From IMG/VR virus record IMGVR_UViG_3300021197_000796, positions 1 through 50,164 of that record: DNA of 50,164 bases; one strand, 5' to 3'. Below are positions 16,805-25,908 of the stretch, piece after piece (positions within the stretch are counted from its first letter, which is position 1; each line of letters opens with the position of its first letter). The translations under genes and the position numbers were made by a program. The notes beneath the pieces are model-generated. The model had not been told where the DNA came from and did no database searches. It was given only the letters and a program-made list of their open reading frames with translations. This DNA is from a virus (taxonomy: Duplodnaviria; Caudoviricetes).

Positions 16805-18394
16805 ATGAATAGAACTGGTTTACCCTGTCCCTTCTCTGGTTGTGGCTCTTCTGACGCTTTCAGTTGGCACACAGAGAAACAAGTAGGCAAATGCTTCAGT
16901 TGCGACGAGAGTTACCCACATAAGGGTATGGTTTTACAGAGTTGGGCTGCTCAAGAGTACCCGCTTAAGGACAATAAGAATATGACTGTAGACGACATGA
17001 TACCTAACGTACCAAAGACAGTGCATGACAACACGCCTTCTGAGGGTCTGGTGTATAAAGAGTTCAGAGGTATCTCCCCAGCGACTATGGAGTTCTTTGG
17101 TGTTAAGACTAACGACCTCAAGCAAGTCTACCCTTACCCTAACGGGACCAATAAGGTTCGTATGCTACCTAAAGACTTCAGCCGTAACGCTGGGTTCAAA
17201 GCAGACAGCCTATTCGGTAGTAACCTGTTCCCTGTAGGTTGCGCTCGTAAGGTAACTGTATGCGAAGGTGAACTAGATGCCATGAGCGCCCATCAGATGC
17301 TCTCTGGTGGTGGCTACATCAACCCTGTGGTGTCTCTGCCTTCTGCAAGCCCTAACGGTAAGCTCTGGGGCAACGTATCGGCTTATCTGGACAGTTTCGA
17401 TCAGATCATTCTGTCGGTTGACAACGATGACGCTGGACGTGAGGTCGCTGAGGTTCTGTTTGATCTGTTCCCTGAGAAGGTTCACATCATGGACCACGGT
17501 ATCCATAAGGACGCTAACGACTTCTTGTTAGCTAGTGCAGGTCGGGCATACAAGAGTGCTTGGTGGTCAGCTAAGAAGTACAGCCCAGCAGGGTTCACAG
17601 CGGGTGCAGAGGATTGGTTGAAGGCTGTTCATGAGGAGACGCCCTACGAGTACACACCTACGTTCTCTGAGGCTCTTAATGACGTCACACGAGGTTGGGT
17701 CAAGGGTGGCATCACAGTAGTAAAGGCACCGCCGGGAACGGGTAAAACTTCTGTGTTCCGAGCAGCACAGCACGATCTGGTAGTAAAGAAGAACATGCGT
17801 GTAGGCGTCCTGCACATGGAGGAAATGAAGAGTACAACAGCGCGGGGTATGGCAACGTATCACTTAGGTAAGAATGTGAACACACAGGAAGACCAAGAGT
17901 TCTACGATGTGAGTAACGAATCGCTTGACATTGCTATCTCTGAGGTAGTAGAAGATAACAAGTTCGTTGCTTTTGAGGTCAACCCTCAAGACCCTATTGA
18001 AGATACGCTTAAGCAAGCTAAGTATGCAGTAACAGTCTACGGTTGTGACTACCTGTTTATCGACCACTTGCAACGACTAGCGTATTTATCTGGTGTTGAT
18101 GGTGCCACTGCTGCCCTGACGGAATTAGGGGTTCGGTTGGTTGAGTTCTCTAAGCGGCGTAACGTAGGGATCATATGTATCTCACACGTCAACGACGATG
18201 GCAAAACTAAGTATGCCAAGTCAATCGAAGAGGAAGCTATTATGCTAATTGAACTAAAGCGAGACATGAAGGCTGAAGGTGCAGACGCTAACTACACTGA
18301 CGTAGAAGTCACTAAGAACCGTCCGTATTCACGTCTAGGAGAAGCTGGTCGTTTGCACTACAACCCTGAGACTACTATTGTAAAGGGAGTTTAG
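16805..18394 (+). CDS. T7 gp4-like primase-helicase
   Basis: Zn finger CPFSGCGSSDA...CFSC, TOPRIM CEGELDAMS and VDNDDAG, Walker A APPGTGKT, FIDHL, ISHV. Confidence 0.95.
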   Translation: MNRTGLPCPFSGCGSSDAFSWHTEKQVGKCFSCDESYPHKGMVLQSWAAQEYPLKDNKNMTVDDMIPNVPKTVHDNTPSEGLVYKEFRGISPATMEFFGVKTNDLKQVYPYPNGTNKVRMLPKDFSRNAGFKADSLFGSNLFPVGCARKVTVCEGELDAMSAHQMLSGGGYINPVVSLPSASPNGKLWGNVSAYLDSFDQIILSVDNDDAGREVAEVLFDLFPEKVHIMDHGIHKDANDFLLASAGRAYKSAWWSAKKYSPAGFTAGAEDWLKAVHEETPYEYTPTFSEALNDVTRGWVKGGITVVKAPPGTGKTSVFRAAQHDLVVKKNMRVGVLHMEEMKSTTARGMATYHLGKNVNTQEDQEFYDVSNESLDIAISEVVEDNKFVAFEVNPQDPIEDTLKQAKYAVTVYGCDYLFIDHLQRLAYLSGVDGATAALTELGVRLVEFSKRRNVGIICISHVNDDGKTKYAKSIEEEAIMLIELKRDMKAEGADANYTDVEVTKNRPYSRLGEAGRLHYNPETTIVKGV

Positions 18395-18396
18395 TT

Positions 18397-18507
18397 ATGG
18401 AAAAGCTGTTCGGTGTGTGGTTTGTGATTGTGGCAATCCTGAGTGTTAGTTGGGTGTCGTTTCTAATGTGGTGCCTGTATCGGGTTGTAACTTGGTTGAC
18501 AGCGTAA
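18397..18507 (+). CDS. Single-TM micropeptide 1 (36 aa, ends VVTWLTA)
   Basis: GGGAG RBS; MEKLFGVWFVIVAILSVSWVSFLMWCLYRVVTWLTA. Confidence 0.6.
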   Translation: MEKLFGVWFVIVAILSVSWVSFLMWCLYRVVTWLTA

Positions 18508-18518
18508 GGAGTTTAGGT

Positions 18519-18632
18519 ATGACTGATCTATTAGCTGCTGGAATTTATGCCCTCTGCATAATCTTAGGTCTTATCTGGACGTTTTTTCTGGTGTGGTCGA
18601 TTTGCAGTGTCGTGATCTGGTTGACAGCGTAA
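18519..18632 (+). CDS. Single-TM micropeptide 2 (37 aa, ends VVIWLTA)
   Basis: AAGGAG RBS; paralog of the upstream micropeptide. Confidence 0.6.
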   Translation: MTDLLAAGIYALCIILGLIWTFFLVWSICSVVIWLTA

Positions 18633-18643
18633 GGAGTTTAGTT

Positions 18644-18802
18644 ATGACTTTCAAGGAACTTAAGGAAGCCCTAGAAGAGTTTGAACGCTTAGGTGTGGAT
18701 TTAGACACTACTGCTAACATAGCTCTTCAGGAAGGAGTAACTAAGTGCAAGAAGTTGTTTACTAACAGCCAAGGTTATTTGTTTATTGACACCCGCCCTT
18801 AA
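18644..18802 (+). CDS. Hypothetical protein
   Basis: AAGGAG RBS before MTFKELKEAL. Confidence 0.6.
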   Translation: MTFKELKEALEEFERLGVDLDTTANIALQEGVTKCKKLFTNSQGYLFIDTRP

Positions 18803-18817
18803 GAAAGGAGTTCAGGT

Positions 18818-19018
18818 ATGACACCTATGAAAGCTATTAGAGCTAAATGTCTTGACTGCAACGGTACAGCTAACGAGGTTAAACTTTGTCCTTGTACAGA
18901 CTGTCCTCTGTGGCCCTTTCGTTTAGGTAAGAACCCTAACATTAAACCTCGGAACTTGACTGACGAACAACGTAAGGCCGCAGCAGAAAGGCTTAGAAAT
19001 GCTAGAAACAATCTTTGA
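18818..19018 (+). CDS. Small Cys-rich putative Zn-binding protein
   Basis: KAIRAKCLDC...EVKLC...CPLWPFRLGKNP. Confidence 0.7.
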   Translation: MTPMKAIRAKCLDCNGTANEVKLCPCTDCPLWPFRLGKNPNIKPRNLTDEQRKAAAERLRNARNNL

Positions 19019-19460
19019 CATAGAAACCAACGGTCTGCTAGATGTAGTTAACAGGGTTCACGTAGTAAGTTACAAAGATGAAACAACACGTGATCCTGTG
19101 TCTATCTACGACTACAATGACATCAAGGAGTTCTTCAAGCAAGACCGTACCTTCATTGGGCATCACATCATCGGGTATGACTTCCCAGCACTGGCTAAGG
19201 TGCTACAGGTGTCTAAGCCTGAGCGTCTGGTGGATACCTACCCCTTGTCAGTTACTCTGATGCCTAACAGAAAAAGTTATGGTCTCGAAGGGTTTGGGGT
19301 TGACTACGGTGTACCTAAGCCTGTAGTAAAGGATTGGGAGAGCCTGACAAGAGAAGACTACACGTTCCGTTGCGAAAGTGACGTTAAGATCAACTGGCGT
19401 CTCTGGGAAGACCTAAGACGTAAACTAATGGAGTTATACGGTGAAGCAGTTACACGATGA
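18999..19460 (+). CDS. DNA polymerase A 3'-5' exonuclease domain (separate gene)
   Basis: ExoI FDIETNG, ExoII GHHIIGYD, ExoIII RCESDV. Confidence 0.9.
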   Translation: MLETIFDIETNGLLDVVNRVHVVSYKDETTRDPVSIYDYNDIKEFFKQDRTFIGHHIIGYDFPALAKVLQVSKPERLVDTYPLSVTLMPNRKSYGLEGFGVDYGVPKPVVKDWESLTREDYTFRCESDVKINWRLWEDLRRKLMELYGEAVTR

Positions 19461-20856
19461 CGCATGGCGCTACATCCAGTATCTTAACTTCAAGATGCAA
19501 TGCGCTGCCGATCAGGAGAGATTGAAGTGGAAGGTAGATGTACCTAAAGCTGAGGCTCTGTTGGAAACACTAGAAACGATTGAGCAACAGAAGCACAAGG
19601 AACTCGTTAAGTCTATGCCTAAGAAGGTCATCTTCAAGGCAGTCAATCGTCCGAAGGTTATGTACAAAAAGGACGGCACTCTTTCTTCACACGGTCTTAA
19701 GTTCGAGACTGCACGTAAAGAGAACTGCCAGCCAGAGGACGTACAGAGCTTCAACGTGATCGACGGTTACGAGGATGGCAACCCAGCTAGTCACGTACAA
19801 GTTAAGGACTGGTTGTATAGCTTAGGTTGGCAACCGTGTACCTTTGATTATAAACGGGAGCCTAATGGGGACACTAGGACTATCCCACAGGTAAGGGAAG
19901 ACGGAGAGCTAACTGACAGCGTAGTTAGGTTAGCTGACGTAGACCCTGCTGTTTCGGTTCTTGAGGGACTGTCTATCGTGCAGCACCGCAAGAGTGTCGT
20001 GAAGGGCTTCCTAGCGGCTCTAGATGACGAGGGTTATGTGTTCGCTGGAGTGCATGGCTTAACTAACACACTACGCTTTAAGCATGTGAAGCCTCTGGCT
20101 AACATCCCTAGTGTAGACAAGGTATACGGAAAGGAGATAAGAGGACTACTTATTGCACCTGAAGGTTATGTACTTTGCGGGGCTGATATGGACAGCTTGG
20201 AACAAAACACCAAGATGCATTATATGACGCCATATGACCCTGAGTATGTAGCCACACAGCAAACTGAGGACTTCGATGCACACCTAGACCTCGCTAAGTT
20301 CGCTGGGGTAGTAACACAAGACGACATCAACCAGCACAACAAGACTGGTAGTCTAAAGACACTACGGAAGGCATATAAGGTAACGAACTACTCAGCAACG
20401 TATGGAATTAAGCCTTTGGGTCTGTCTCGTAGGGGTGGCTTCTCTGTAGCTGATGCTGAGGAACTGCTGGAATCGTTCTGGCAACGCAACTGGTCCCTTG
20501 AGGCTATCGCTAAGGATACTAAAACTAAGACCACTAGAGATGGTCAACTGTGGTTGTTTAACCCTGTTTCTGGTTTTTGGTATTCCCTGCGACATGACAA
20601 GGATAAGTTCTCTACGCTTAACCAAGGTACAGGGGTTTATTGCTTCGATACGTGGTTAGGGTATTGCATCCAGTTAGGGTTGTCTGCTATAGGTCAATTC
20701 CACGATGAGTCGATCTTCTTGGTTAAGTCTGGAGATGAGCCTAAGACATCAGAAGTTGTCTATGAGGCTATGGATAGAACTAACGAGAAGCTAAAGCTCA
20801 ACGTAACACTTTCAACCGCCCCAGAGTTCGGGCTTAATTATTCGGAGATACACTAA
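19441..20856 (+). CDS. polA: DNA polymerase family A, polymerase domain
   Basis: Motif A GADMDSLE, motif B RKAYKVTNYSATYG (Tyr at the E. coli 762-equivalent), motif C QFHDE; GGAG RBS before GTG. Confidence 0.93.
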   Translation: MKQLHDDAWRYIQYLNFKMQCAADQERLKWKVDVPKAEALLETLETIEQQKHKELVKSMPKKVIFKAVNRPKVMYKKDGTLSSHGLKFETARKENCQPEDVQSFNVIDGYEDGNPASHVQVKDWLYSLGWQPCTFDYKREPNGDTRTIPQVREDGELTDSVVRLADVDPAVSVLEGLSIVQHRKSVVKGFLAALDDEGYVFAGVHGLTNTLRFKHVKPLANIPSVDKVYGKEIRGLLIAPEGYVLCGADMDSLEQNTKMHYMTPYDPEYVATQQTEDFDAHLDLAKFAGVVTQDDINQHNKTGSLKTLRKAYKVTNYSATYGIKPLGLSRRGGFSVADAEELLESFWQRNWSLEAIAKDTKTKTTRDGQLWLFNPVSGFWYSLRHDKDKFSTLNQGTGVYCFDTWLGYCIQLGLSAIGQFHDESIFLVKSGDEPKTSEVVYEAMDRTNEKLKLNVTLSTAPEFGLNYSEIH

Positions 20857-21164
20857 TGAAAAACATCATCACAGCAGCAGCATTCGCAACAGTAACTCTC
20901 ACAGCAACCACAGCTTCAGCCTACACGGCGAAAGACTGCCCTTCCATCGCAGAAGCAGCAGGTGCTATTGCTCAAGGTCGTGACGACGGGCTAAGCCTCA
21001 ACATGTCTAAGGCTATTGTTGGGATGGCAGGCTTCCCCGTTGCTGTCGAATACCTACTACTTGAAATCACAGGCCTTGCTTTTGAAACACCTGAGCTCAC
21101 ACCAGCTATTATGGAGGCCCTCACCCTGCAAACATGCGTTGATCACTTCTCAACCGACACTTAA
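20856..21164 (+). CDS. Hypothetical secreted/periplasmic protein
   Basis: Signal peptide MKNIITAAAFATVTLTATTASA; two Cys. Confidence 0.7.
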   Translation: MKNIITAAAFATVTLTATTASAYTAKDCPSIAEAAGAIAQGRDDGLSLNMSKAIVGMAGFPVAVEYLLLEITGLAFETPELTPAIMEALTLQTCVDHFSTDT

Positions 21165-21176
21165 GAGGATAACAGT

Positions 21177-21542
21177 ATGACTGAACTTAAAACAAATCTA
21201 ACACAATCACAACTGGACCAACTCGTTGAACTGATCACTTTTAGGGAGGATTTGGGCGGACGTCTGGTTATTGAGCACGTCAACGGCGACGTCAACGGCA
21301 ACGTCAACGGCGACGTCAACGGCAACGTCTTGGGTAACGTCAAGGGCGACGTCTGGGGCAACGTCAACGGCGACGTCGAGGGCAACGTCAGGGGCGACGT
21401 AGGAGGCAGTGTCTTGGGCGACATCAAGTATCACGTCTTGGGTAACGTCAAGGGCCACGTCAAGGGCAACGTCGAGTGCAGTGTCTTGGGCAGTGTCTTG
21501 GGCAGTGTCTGGGGCGACGTCAAGGGCATAAGGGACACATAA
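21177..21542 (+). CDS. VxG[DNS] tetrapeptide-repeat protein (probable beta-solenoid)
   Basis: About 20 repeats encoded by GC-rich 12-bp units (gtcaacggcgac and variants). Confidence 0.7.
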   Translation: MTELKTNLTQSQLDQLVELITFREDLGGRLVIEHVNGDVNGNVNGDVNGNVLGNVKGDVWGNVNGDVEGNVRGDVGGSVLGDIKYHVLGNVKGHVKGNVECSVLGSVLGSVWGDVKGIRDT

Positions 21543-21554
21543 TAACTAAACAAT

Positions 21555-21631
21555 CCTCACGTAGCTCAACTGGATAGAGCAAGTGCCTTCTAAGCACTAG
21601 GTTGCAGGTTCGAATCCTGCCGTGAGGACCA
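21555..21631 (+). tRNA. tRNA-Arg (anticodon UCU)
   Basis: Cloverleaf: acceptor CCTCACG/CGTGAGG, D arm GCTC..GAGC, anticodon arm AGTGC-CTTCTAA-GCACT, T arm GCAGG-TTCGAAT-CCTGC, encoded CCA. Confidence 0.97.
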
Positions 21632-21680
21632 TAAATTACTAACTAACTAACTACTCAACGCCAGCATAAAGGATATACAC

Positions 21681-22163
21681 ATGGCTAATGTAGACTTCGT
21701 AGGAACCGCTAAGTTCGCTAAGGTTTTTGAGAGCAACCGTGACATGGGTGAGAACCTACAAGACGGAGATCAAAAGAGTAAGATCGTGTCAGAGCAAGGA
21801 CATTACGTTCTTACTGTTGAGATCACACCAGAAACAAAAGCAAAGATGATTGCTGATGGTGTGCCTGACAAGGGTATGGTGGGTCAACTGTTCAAGCAAG
21901 ACGATCAAGGGAACCTGTCCTATAAGTGCAAACGACCGCACTTCAACCCGCGTATCAATAAGGGTGAAGGGGATGTCATGGGTGCACCTCACGTCATGGA
22001 CGCAACTAATGACCCTTGGGATGAAGGTGTCGTGATCGGCAATGGTTCTCAACTCAAGGTCCGACTTGATGTGTGGGAAGGTAAGATCGTAACGCTTCAC
22101 GCTGTTAAGGTTCTTGAACTCCAAGAGTACACACCTGACACAACTGGCCTCGTAGGATTCTAA
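21681..22163 (+). CDS. ssDNA-binding protein (T7 gp2.5-like)
   Basis: GTAKFAKV, VIGNGSQLKV, LHAVKVLELQEY, terminal Phe; replisome context. Confidence 0.75.
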   Translation: MANVDFVGTAKFAKVFESNRDMGENLQDGDQKSKIVSEQGHYVLTVEITPETKAKMIADGVPDKGMVGQLFKQDDQGNLSYKCKRPHFNPRINKGEGDVMGAPHVMDATNDPWDEGVVIGNGSQLKVRLDVWEGKIVTLHAVKVLELQEYTPDTTGLVGF

Positions 22164-22167
22164 TTAA

Positions 22168-22197
22168 CTAGGGGTCAGCTTAGGTTGGCCCCTACCT
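22168..22197 (+). terminator. Hairpin downstream of SSB
   Basis: taggggtcagc-ttag-gttggccccta; weak U tract. Confidence 0.55.
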
Positions 22198-22217
22198 TAA
22201 CCTAACGGAGATAACAA

Positions 22218-22523
22218 ATGATCGAATACACAGTAAAAGTTCATGCTAATGGCTCTAAGCATTGGTACTTGAATGATAAACGACATCGTGAAGATGGTCC
22301 TGCTGTAGAGCATGCTGATGGTGGCAAGTCTTGGTACTTGGGTGGTAAACTACACCGTGAAGATGGCCCTGCTATGGAGTATGCTGATGGTGACAAGTCT
22401 TGGTACTTGAATGGTAAGTGCATGACAGAAGAAGAGCATAAAGAAGCTATGAACCCTGTAGAAGAAATGACTATGGAAGAGATCTGTAAGGCTCTAGGAA
22501 AGAACGTAAAGGTGAAGAAATGA
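22218..22523 (+). CDS. HREDGPA-repeat protein, copy 1 (2 units)
   Basis: 22-aa MORN-variant-like repeats; shared termini MIEYTVKV / EICKALGKNVKVKK. Confidence 0.8.
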   Translation: MIEYTVKVHANGSKHWYLNDKRHREDGPAVEHADGGKSWYLGGKLHREDGPAMEYADGDKSWYLNGKCMTEEEHKEAMNPVEEMTMEEICKALGKNVKVKK

Positions 22524-22711
22524 CTGAGAAATACACAATGACCTACGAAGGTCCAGAAGGCACTAAGGTAACACGAGAGTTCAACTCTGAAGATCTGTAT
22601 GAAGTAGCTTATCACACACTTGAGTTCATTCGAGGTACAGGCTTTGACTACGTGGATATGCTAGAGTTCAGCACACCTGACGGAAGCATCTATCGTGCGG
22701 AGTCTCTGTGA
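22520..22711 (+). CDS. Hypothetical protein
   Basis: 63 aa, ATGA coupling. Confidence 0.65.
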   Translation: MTEKYTMTYEGPEGTKVTREFNSEDLYEVAYHTLEFIRGTGFDYVDMLEFSTPDGSIYRAESL

Positions 22712-23400
22712 CTAAGGTACTCGTAGACGCAGACATCATCGCTTATCGTGCAGCATTCTCAGCAAAGGATGACACAGAGAAACAAGCACGTAAGACAACT
22801 GACGATATTTGCAGTAGTATCATGTACGACTGTTTCTACCCTTACGATTATGAGTTAAGCAAAGACGCTTTCTTTTATCTAACGGGTAGGACTAACTATC
22901 GTTTTGATATCGCAACTATCAAGCCATACAAAGGAAAGAGAGGTGATAAACCTGTGCACCTCAATGCCACACGAGACCAACTACAGACACGTTGGTTAGC
23001 TGAGGTCATTGAGGGTCAGGAAGCAGATGACGCACTGGGGATTAAGGCTACTGAGTTAAACGGAGACTGCACTATCGTCTCTATCGACAAAGACTTGCTT
23101 ATGATACCTTGTACGCATTATAACTTCGTGAAGAAAGAGTGGACAGAGGTAAGCCAAGAGCAAGGTGACTACTTCTTCTACAAGCAACTTCTAACAGGAG
23201 ATCAAGTGGATAACATTCAAGGAGTAAAAGGCATCGGCCCTAAGAAGGCTGAGAAGGCTTACGAAGGGTGTACTACCGTGCAGGAGATGTACGTTAAGGC
23301 ACTAGAGATGTACAACGGTGACGTAGATGAGCTACTAGAGAACGCTAGGTTGCTGTGGTTGCGTCGTTATGAAGGTGAAATGTGGGAGCCACCAGTATGA
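22708..23400 (+). CDS. 5'-3' exonuclease (T7 gp6/FEN-like)
   Basis: LVDADIIAYRAA, YKGKR, EADDALG, SIDKDL, GDQVDNIQGVKGIGPKKA. Confidence 0.93.
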   Translation: MTKVLVDADIIAYRAAFSAKDDTEKQARKTTDDICSSIMYDCFYPYDYELSKDAFFYLTGRTNYRFDIATIKPYKGKRGDKPVHLNATRDQLQTRWLAEVIEGQEADDALGIKATELNGDCTIVSIDKDLLMIPCTHYNFVKKEWTEVSQEQGDYFFYKQLLTGDQVDNIQGVKGIGPKKAEKAYEGCTTVQEMYVKALEMYNGDVDELLENARLLWLRRYEGEMWEPPV

Positions 23401-23627
23401 TTTATAAAAGTGCGAAAGAACTTTGTGACGCGGGTGCTGAACTTGTAAGCCATAACTGGGGGTCAACATGGAATGATGGCGGGAGGTGGAACATCTGGAT
23501 TTACGAGTTGCCAGACGGTACATTTTGGAAGGTCCATCAGCGTAGCGACTACTCGTCATCAGTAGAGTTGTCAAAAGTCAAAAAAGTTGTAAAGGAGGTA
23601 GTGTCTTTTATTAATGAACAAACGTAA
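23397..23627 (+). CDS. Hypothetical protein
   Basis: ATGA coupling to the exonuclease. Confidence 0.6.
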   Translation: MIYKSAKELCDAGAELVSHNWGSTWNDGGRWNIWIYELPDGTFWKVHQRSDYSSSVELSKVKKVVKEVVSFINEQT

Positions 23628-24045
23628 GGCAGCACAACTAAAGTATGGGGTACGATCAGGACTTGAGGCTGACAACTGTAAGTACCTTGAAGACAAAGGT
23701 ATCCCATACGAATATGAGAAGCATAAGATCAAGTGGGAGGATCACCAGTGGCGTTCCTATACACCTGACTTTGTGCTAGATAGTAACGGTATCATCGTAG
23801 AAACTAAAGGGCGGTTCGTAGCCGCAGATAGACGAAAGCACTTGAAGGTTAAGGAGCAGTATCCTAAGTTAGACATTAGGTTCGTGTTCACTAACTCTAA
23901 GACCAAGATCAACAAAGGGAGTAAGACATCTTACGGTGATTGGTGCGAACGTCATGGGTTCCAGTATTCTGATAAGTTCATTCCTAGTGAATGGCTACTA
24001 GAACCTGAAGTTGAGATGAGAATTGAAAGGACTAAGGATGACTAA
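23614..24045 (+). CDS. T7 endonuclease I-like Holliday junction resolvase
   Basis: RSGLE, YTPDF, IIVETKGRF, LDIRFVF, SYGDWCERHGF. Confidence 0.93.
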   Translation: MNKRKAAQLKYGVRSGLEADNCKYLEDKGIPYEYEKHKIKWEDHQWRSYTPDFVLDSNGIIVETKGRFVAADRRKHLKVKEQYPKLDIRFVFTNSKTKINKGSKTSYGDWCERHGFQYSDKFIPSEWLLEPEVEMRIERTKDD

Positions 24046-24138
24046 GAAGATCGTAGACCTACTCAAAACAAACGGTATCAACCCAGAGGACGCTTTGTTC
24101 TATCTCGGTGCGTACATTCAAGATCAAGAGGAAACAGT

Positions 24139-24306
24139 ATGACTAAGTTTAAGATAGGCCGCAGTTTTGGTTACGTAGGAACTGAAGATTATGACATAAT
24201 TAGCGCTGAGACATTAGAGGAAGCTGAACAACAGGCTTGGGAATGGGCTCTGGATATGGTAGAGAGTTGGGCTGAGGTTGTGGAAGAGGGGTCTGAAAAT
24301 GACTAA
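24139..24306 (+). CDS. Hypothetical acidic protein (55 aa)
   Basis: GAGG RBS; overlaps the start of the next gene. Confidence 0.55.
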   Translation: MTKFKIGRSFGYVGTEDYDIISAETLEEAEQQAWEWALDMVESWAEVVEEGSEND

Positions 24307-25078
24307 AGATATCCTAGTATTCAGTTGTGCCCATACGGCACCTGAAGTAAGCAACGAGCGTTTCGATTGGCTCGGACAGTACATCGCTGACGCTAAACCT
24401 GATATGGTTATCGACTTAGGTGACGGCGCTGACATGTGCAGTCTGAATAGCTTTGACACTCGTTATCCGCAGGCTGTAGTAATGCAGAACTACGGTGACG
24501 ACATCAACCACTACAACGAGGCTCAGGATCGTCTACGGTCTCCATACAAGAAACTAAAGCGTAAGAAATTGCACTGGGTAGGATTTGAGGGCAACCATGA
24601 AAATCGGATCAAGAAGGCTATTGCGGAGAGTCCCCGAACGGAAGACAGAACGGGACAAGGCTACGGGGTTTCCTTTGGGCATCTTCAAACGGACCACTGG
24701 TTCGATGACTACCACGAATACTACAATAGCGCCCCCTCAATCGCTGGCTACTCTGGTGTTGACTTTGCTCACTTCTTTAGTTCTGGTAACTTTGGGACAG
24801 CTACTTCTGGTATTCACCATGCTTATGCCGTCATCAACAACCGTCACAATTCTTCTGTGTGTGGTCACACCCATAAACGTAGTGTTCACTTCAAGGATGA
24901 CGCTAATAGTATTGGGATGGTGGTCGGCTGCTACAAAGGACATGAGGAAAGCTGGGCGGGCCAAGCGAACTTGAGCTGGTGGAACGGCGTAGTTATGATG
25001 CGAGAGACTGAAAACGGTATGTTTGAGCCACAGTTCATCTCTATGGATATGCTTGAGAAGGAGTACAGCAATGGATGA
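24299..25078 (+). CDS. Calcineurin-like metallophosphoesterase
   Basis: DLGDGADM, EGNHE, CGHTH; first motif appears as SCAH instead of the usual DxH. Confidence 0.85.
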   Translation: MTKDILVFSCAHTAPEVSNERFDWLGQYIADAKPDMVIDLGDGADMCSLNSFDTRYPQAVVMQNYGDDINHYNEAQDRLRSPYKKLKRKKLHWVGFEGNHENRIKKAIAESPRTEDRTGQGYGVSFGHLQTDHWFDDYHEYYNSAPSIAGYSGVDFAHFFSSGNFGTATSGIHHAYAVINNRHNSSVCGHTHKRSVHFKDDANSIGMVVGCYKGHEESWAGQANLSWWNGVVMMRETENGMFEPQFISMDMLEKEYSNG

Positions 25079-25730
25079 TAAACCTACTATGACAGTTGAT
25101 TCTGATGGCGATAAGTCTTGGTGGTTGTATGGTAAACTACATCGTGAAGATGGTCCTGCTGTAGAGCATGCTGATGGCTATAAGGGTTGGCGTTTGAATG
25201 GTAAACGACATCGTGAAGATGGTCCTGCTGTAGAGCATGCTGATGGCACTAAGTGTTGGCACTTGAACGATAAACTACACCGTGAAGACGGACCTGCTGT
25301 AAAGTATGCTGATGGCGATGAGTGTTGGTACTTAAATGATAAACGACACCGTGAAGATGGTCCTGCTGTAGAGTGTGCTGATGGTGGCAAGTCTTGGTAC
25401 TTGGGTGGTAAACTACACCGTGAAGATGGCCCTGCTGTAGAGTATGTTAATGGCGGTAAGTCTTGGTTCTTGAATGGTGAAAAGGTAACTGAAGAAGAGG
25501 TTATGAGTAACGATACTAAAGACAACGTGAACAACCCTAGTCACTACAATCAAGCTGGTGTCGAGTGCATTGATGCTATCAAGGCTTCTCTCGGTGACGA
25601 GTACCCTGCCTATTGCAAGGGTAATGTGATGAAGTATCTCTGGCGATACAAGTACAAGAACGGCATTGAGGACTTAAAGAAGGCTCAGTGGTATTTGAAC
25701 TCAATGGTAGAAAGCGTAGAAAATGGTTGA
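25071..25730 (+). CDS. HREDGPA-repeat domain (5 units) fused to DUF3310 (T7 gp1.7-like) domain
   Basis: No stop between the repeats and DNVNNPSHYNQAGVECIDAI...GNVMKYLWRYKYKNGIEDLKKAQWYL. Confidence 0.8.
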   Translation: MDDKPTMTVDSDGDKSWWLYGKLHREDGPAVEHADGYKGWRLNGKRHREDGPAVEHADGTKCWHLNDKLHREDGPAVKYADGDECWYLNDKRHREDGPAVECADGGKSWYLGGKLHREDGPAVEYVNGGKSWFLNGEKVTEEEVMSNDTKDNVNNPSHYNQAGVECIDAIKASLGDEYPAYCKGNVMKYLWRYKYKNGIEDLKKAQWYLNSMVESVENG

Positions 25731-25908
25731 AACAGTCTTTATGTCCTTGACACTAGTGTTACTAGTGTATATTGCTTATGTACAGCATAAATCTTATATG
25801 TACACACAGTACATTCTGGTAGCAACAGCGAATCTTCTGATTACATTTCAGGAAGCAGCGGAGCTTAACAAAGGAGAGAACTATGGGGAAACGCAGCAAT
25901 TTCACTAG
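25723..25908 (+). CDS. Small membrane protein
   Basis: 61 aa, hydrophobic N-terminus. Confidence 0.55.
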   Translation: MVETVFMSLTLVLLVYIAYVQHKSYMYTQYILVATANLLITFQEAAELNKGENYGETQQFH

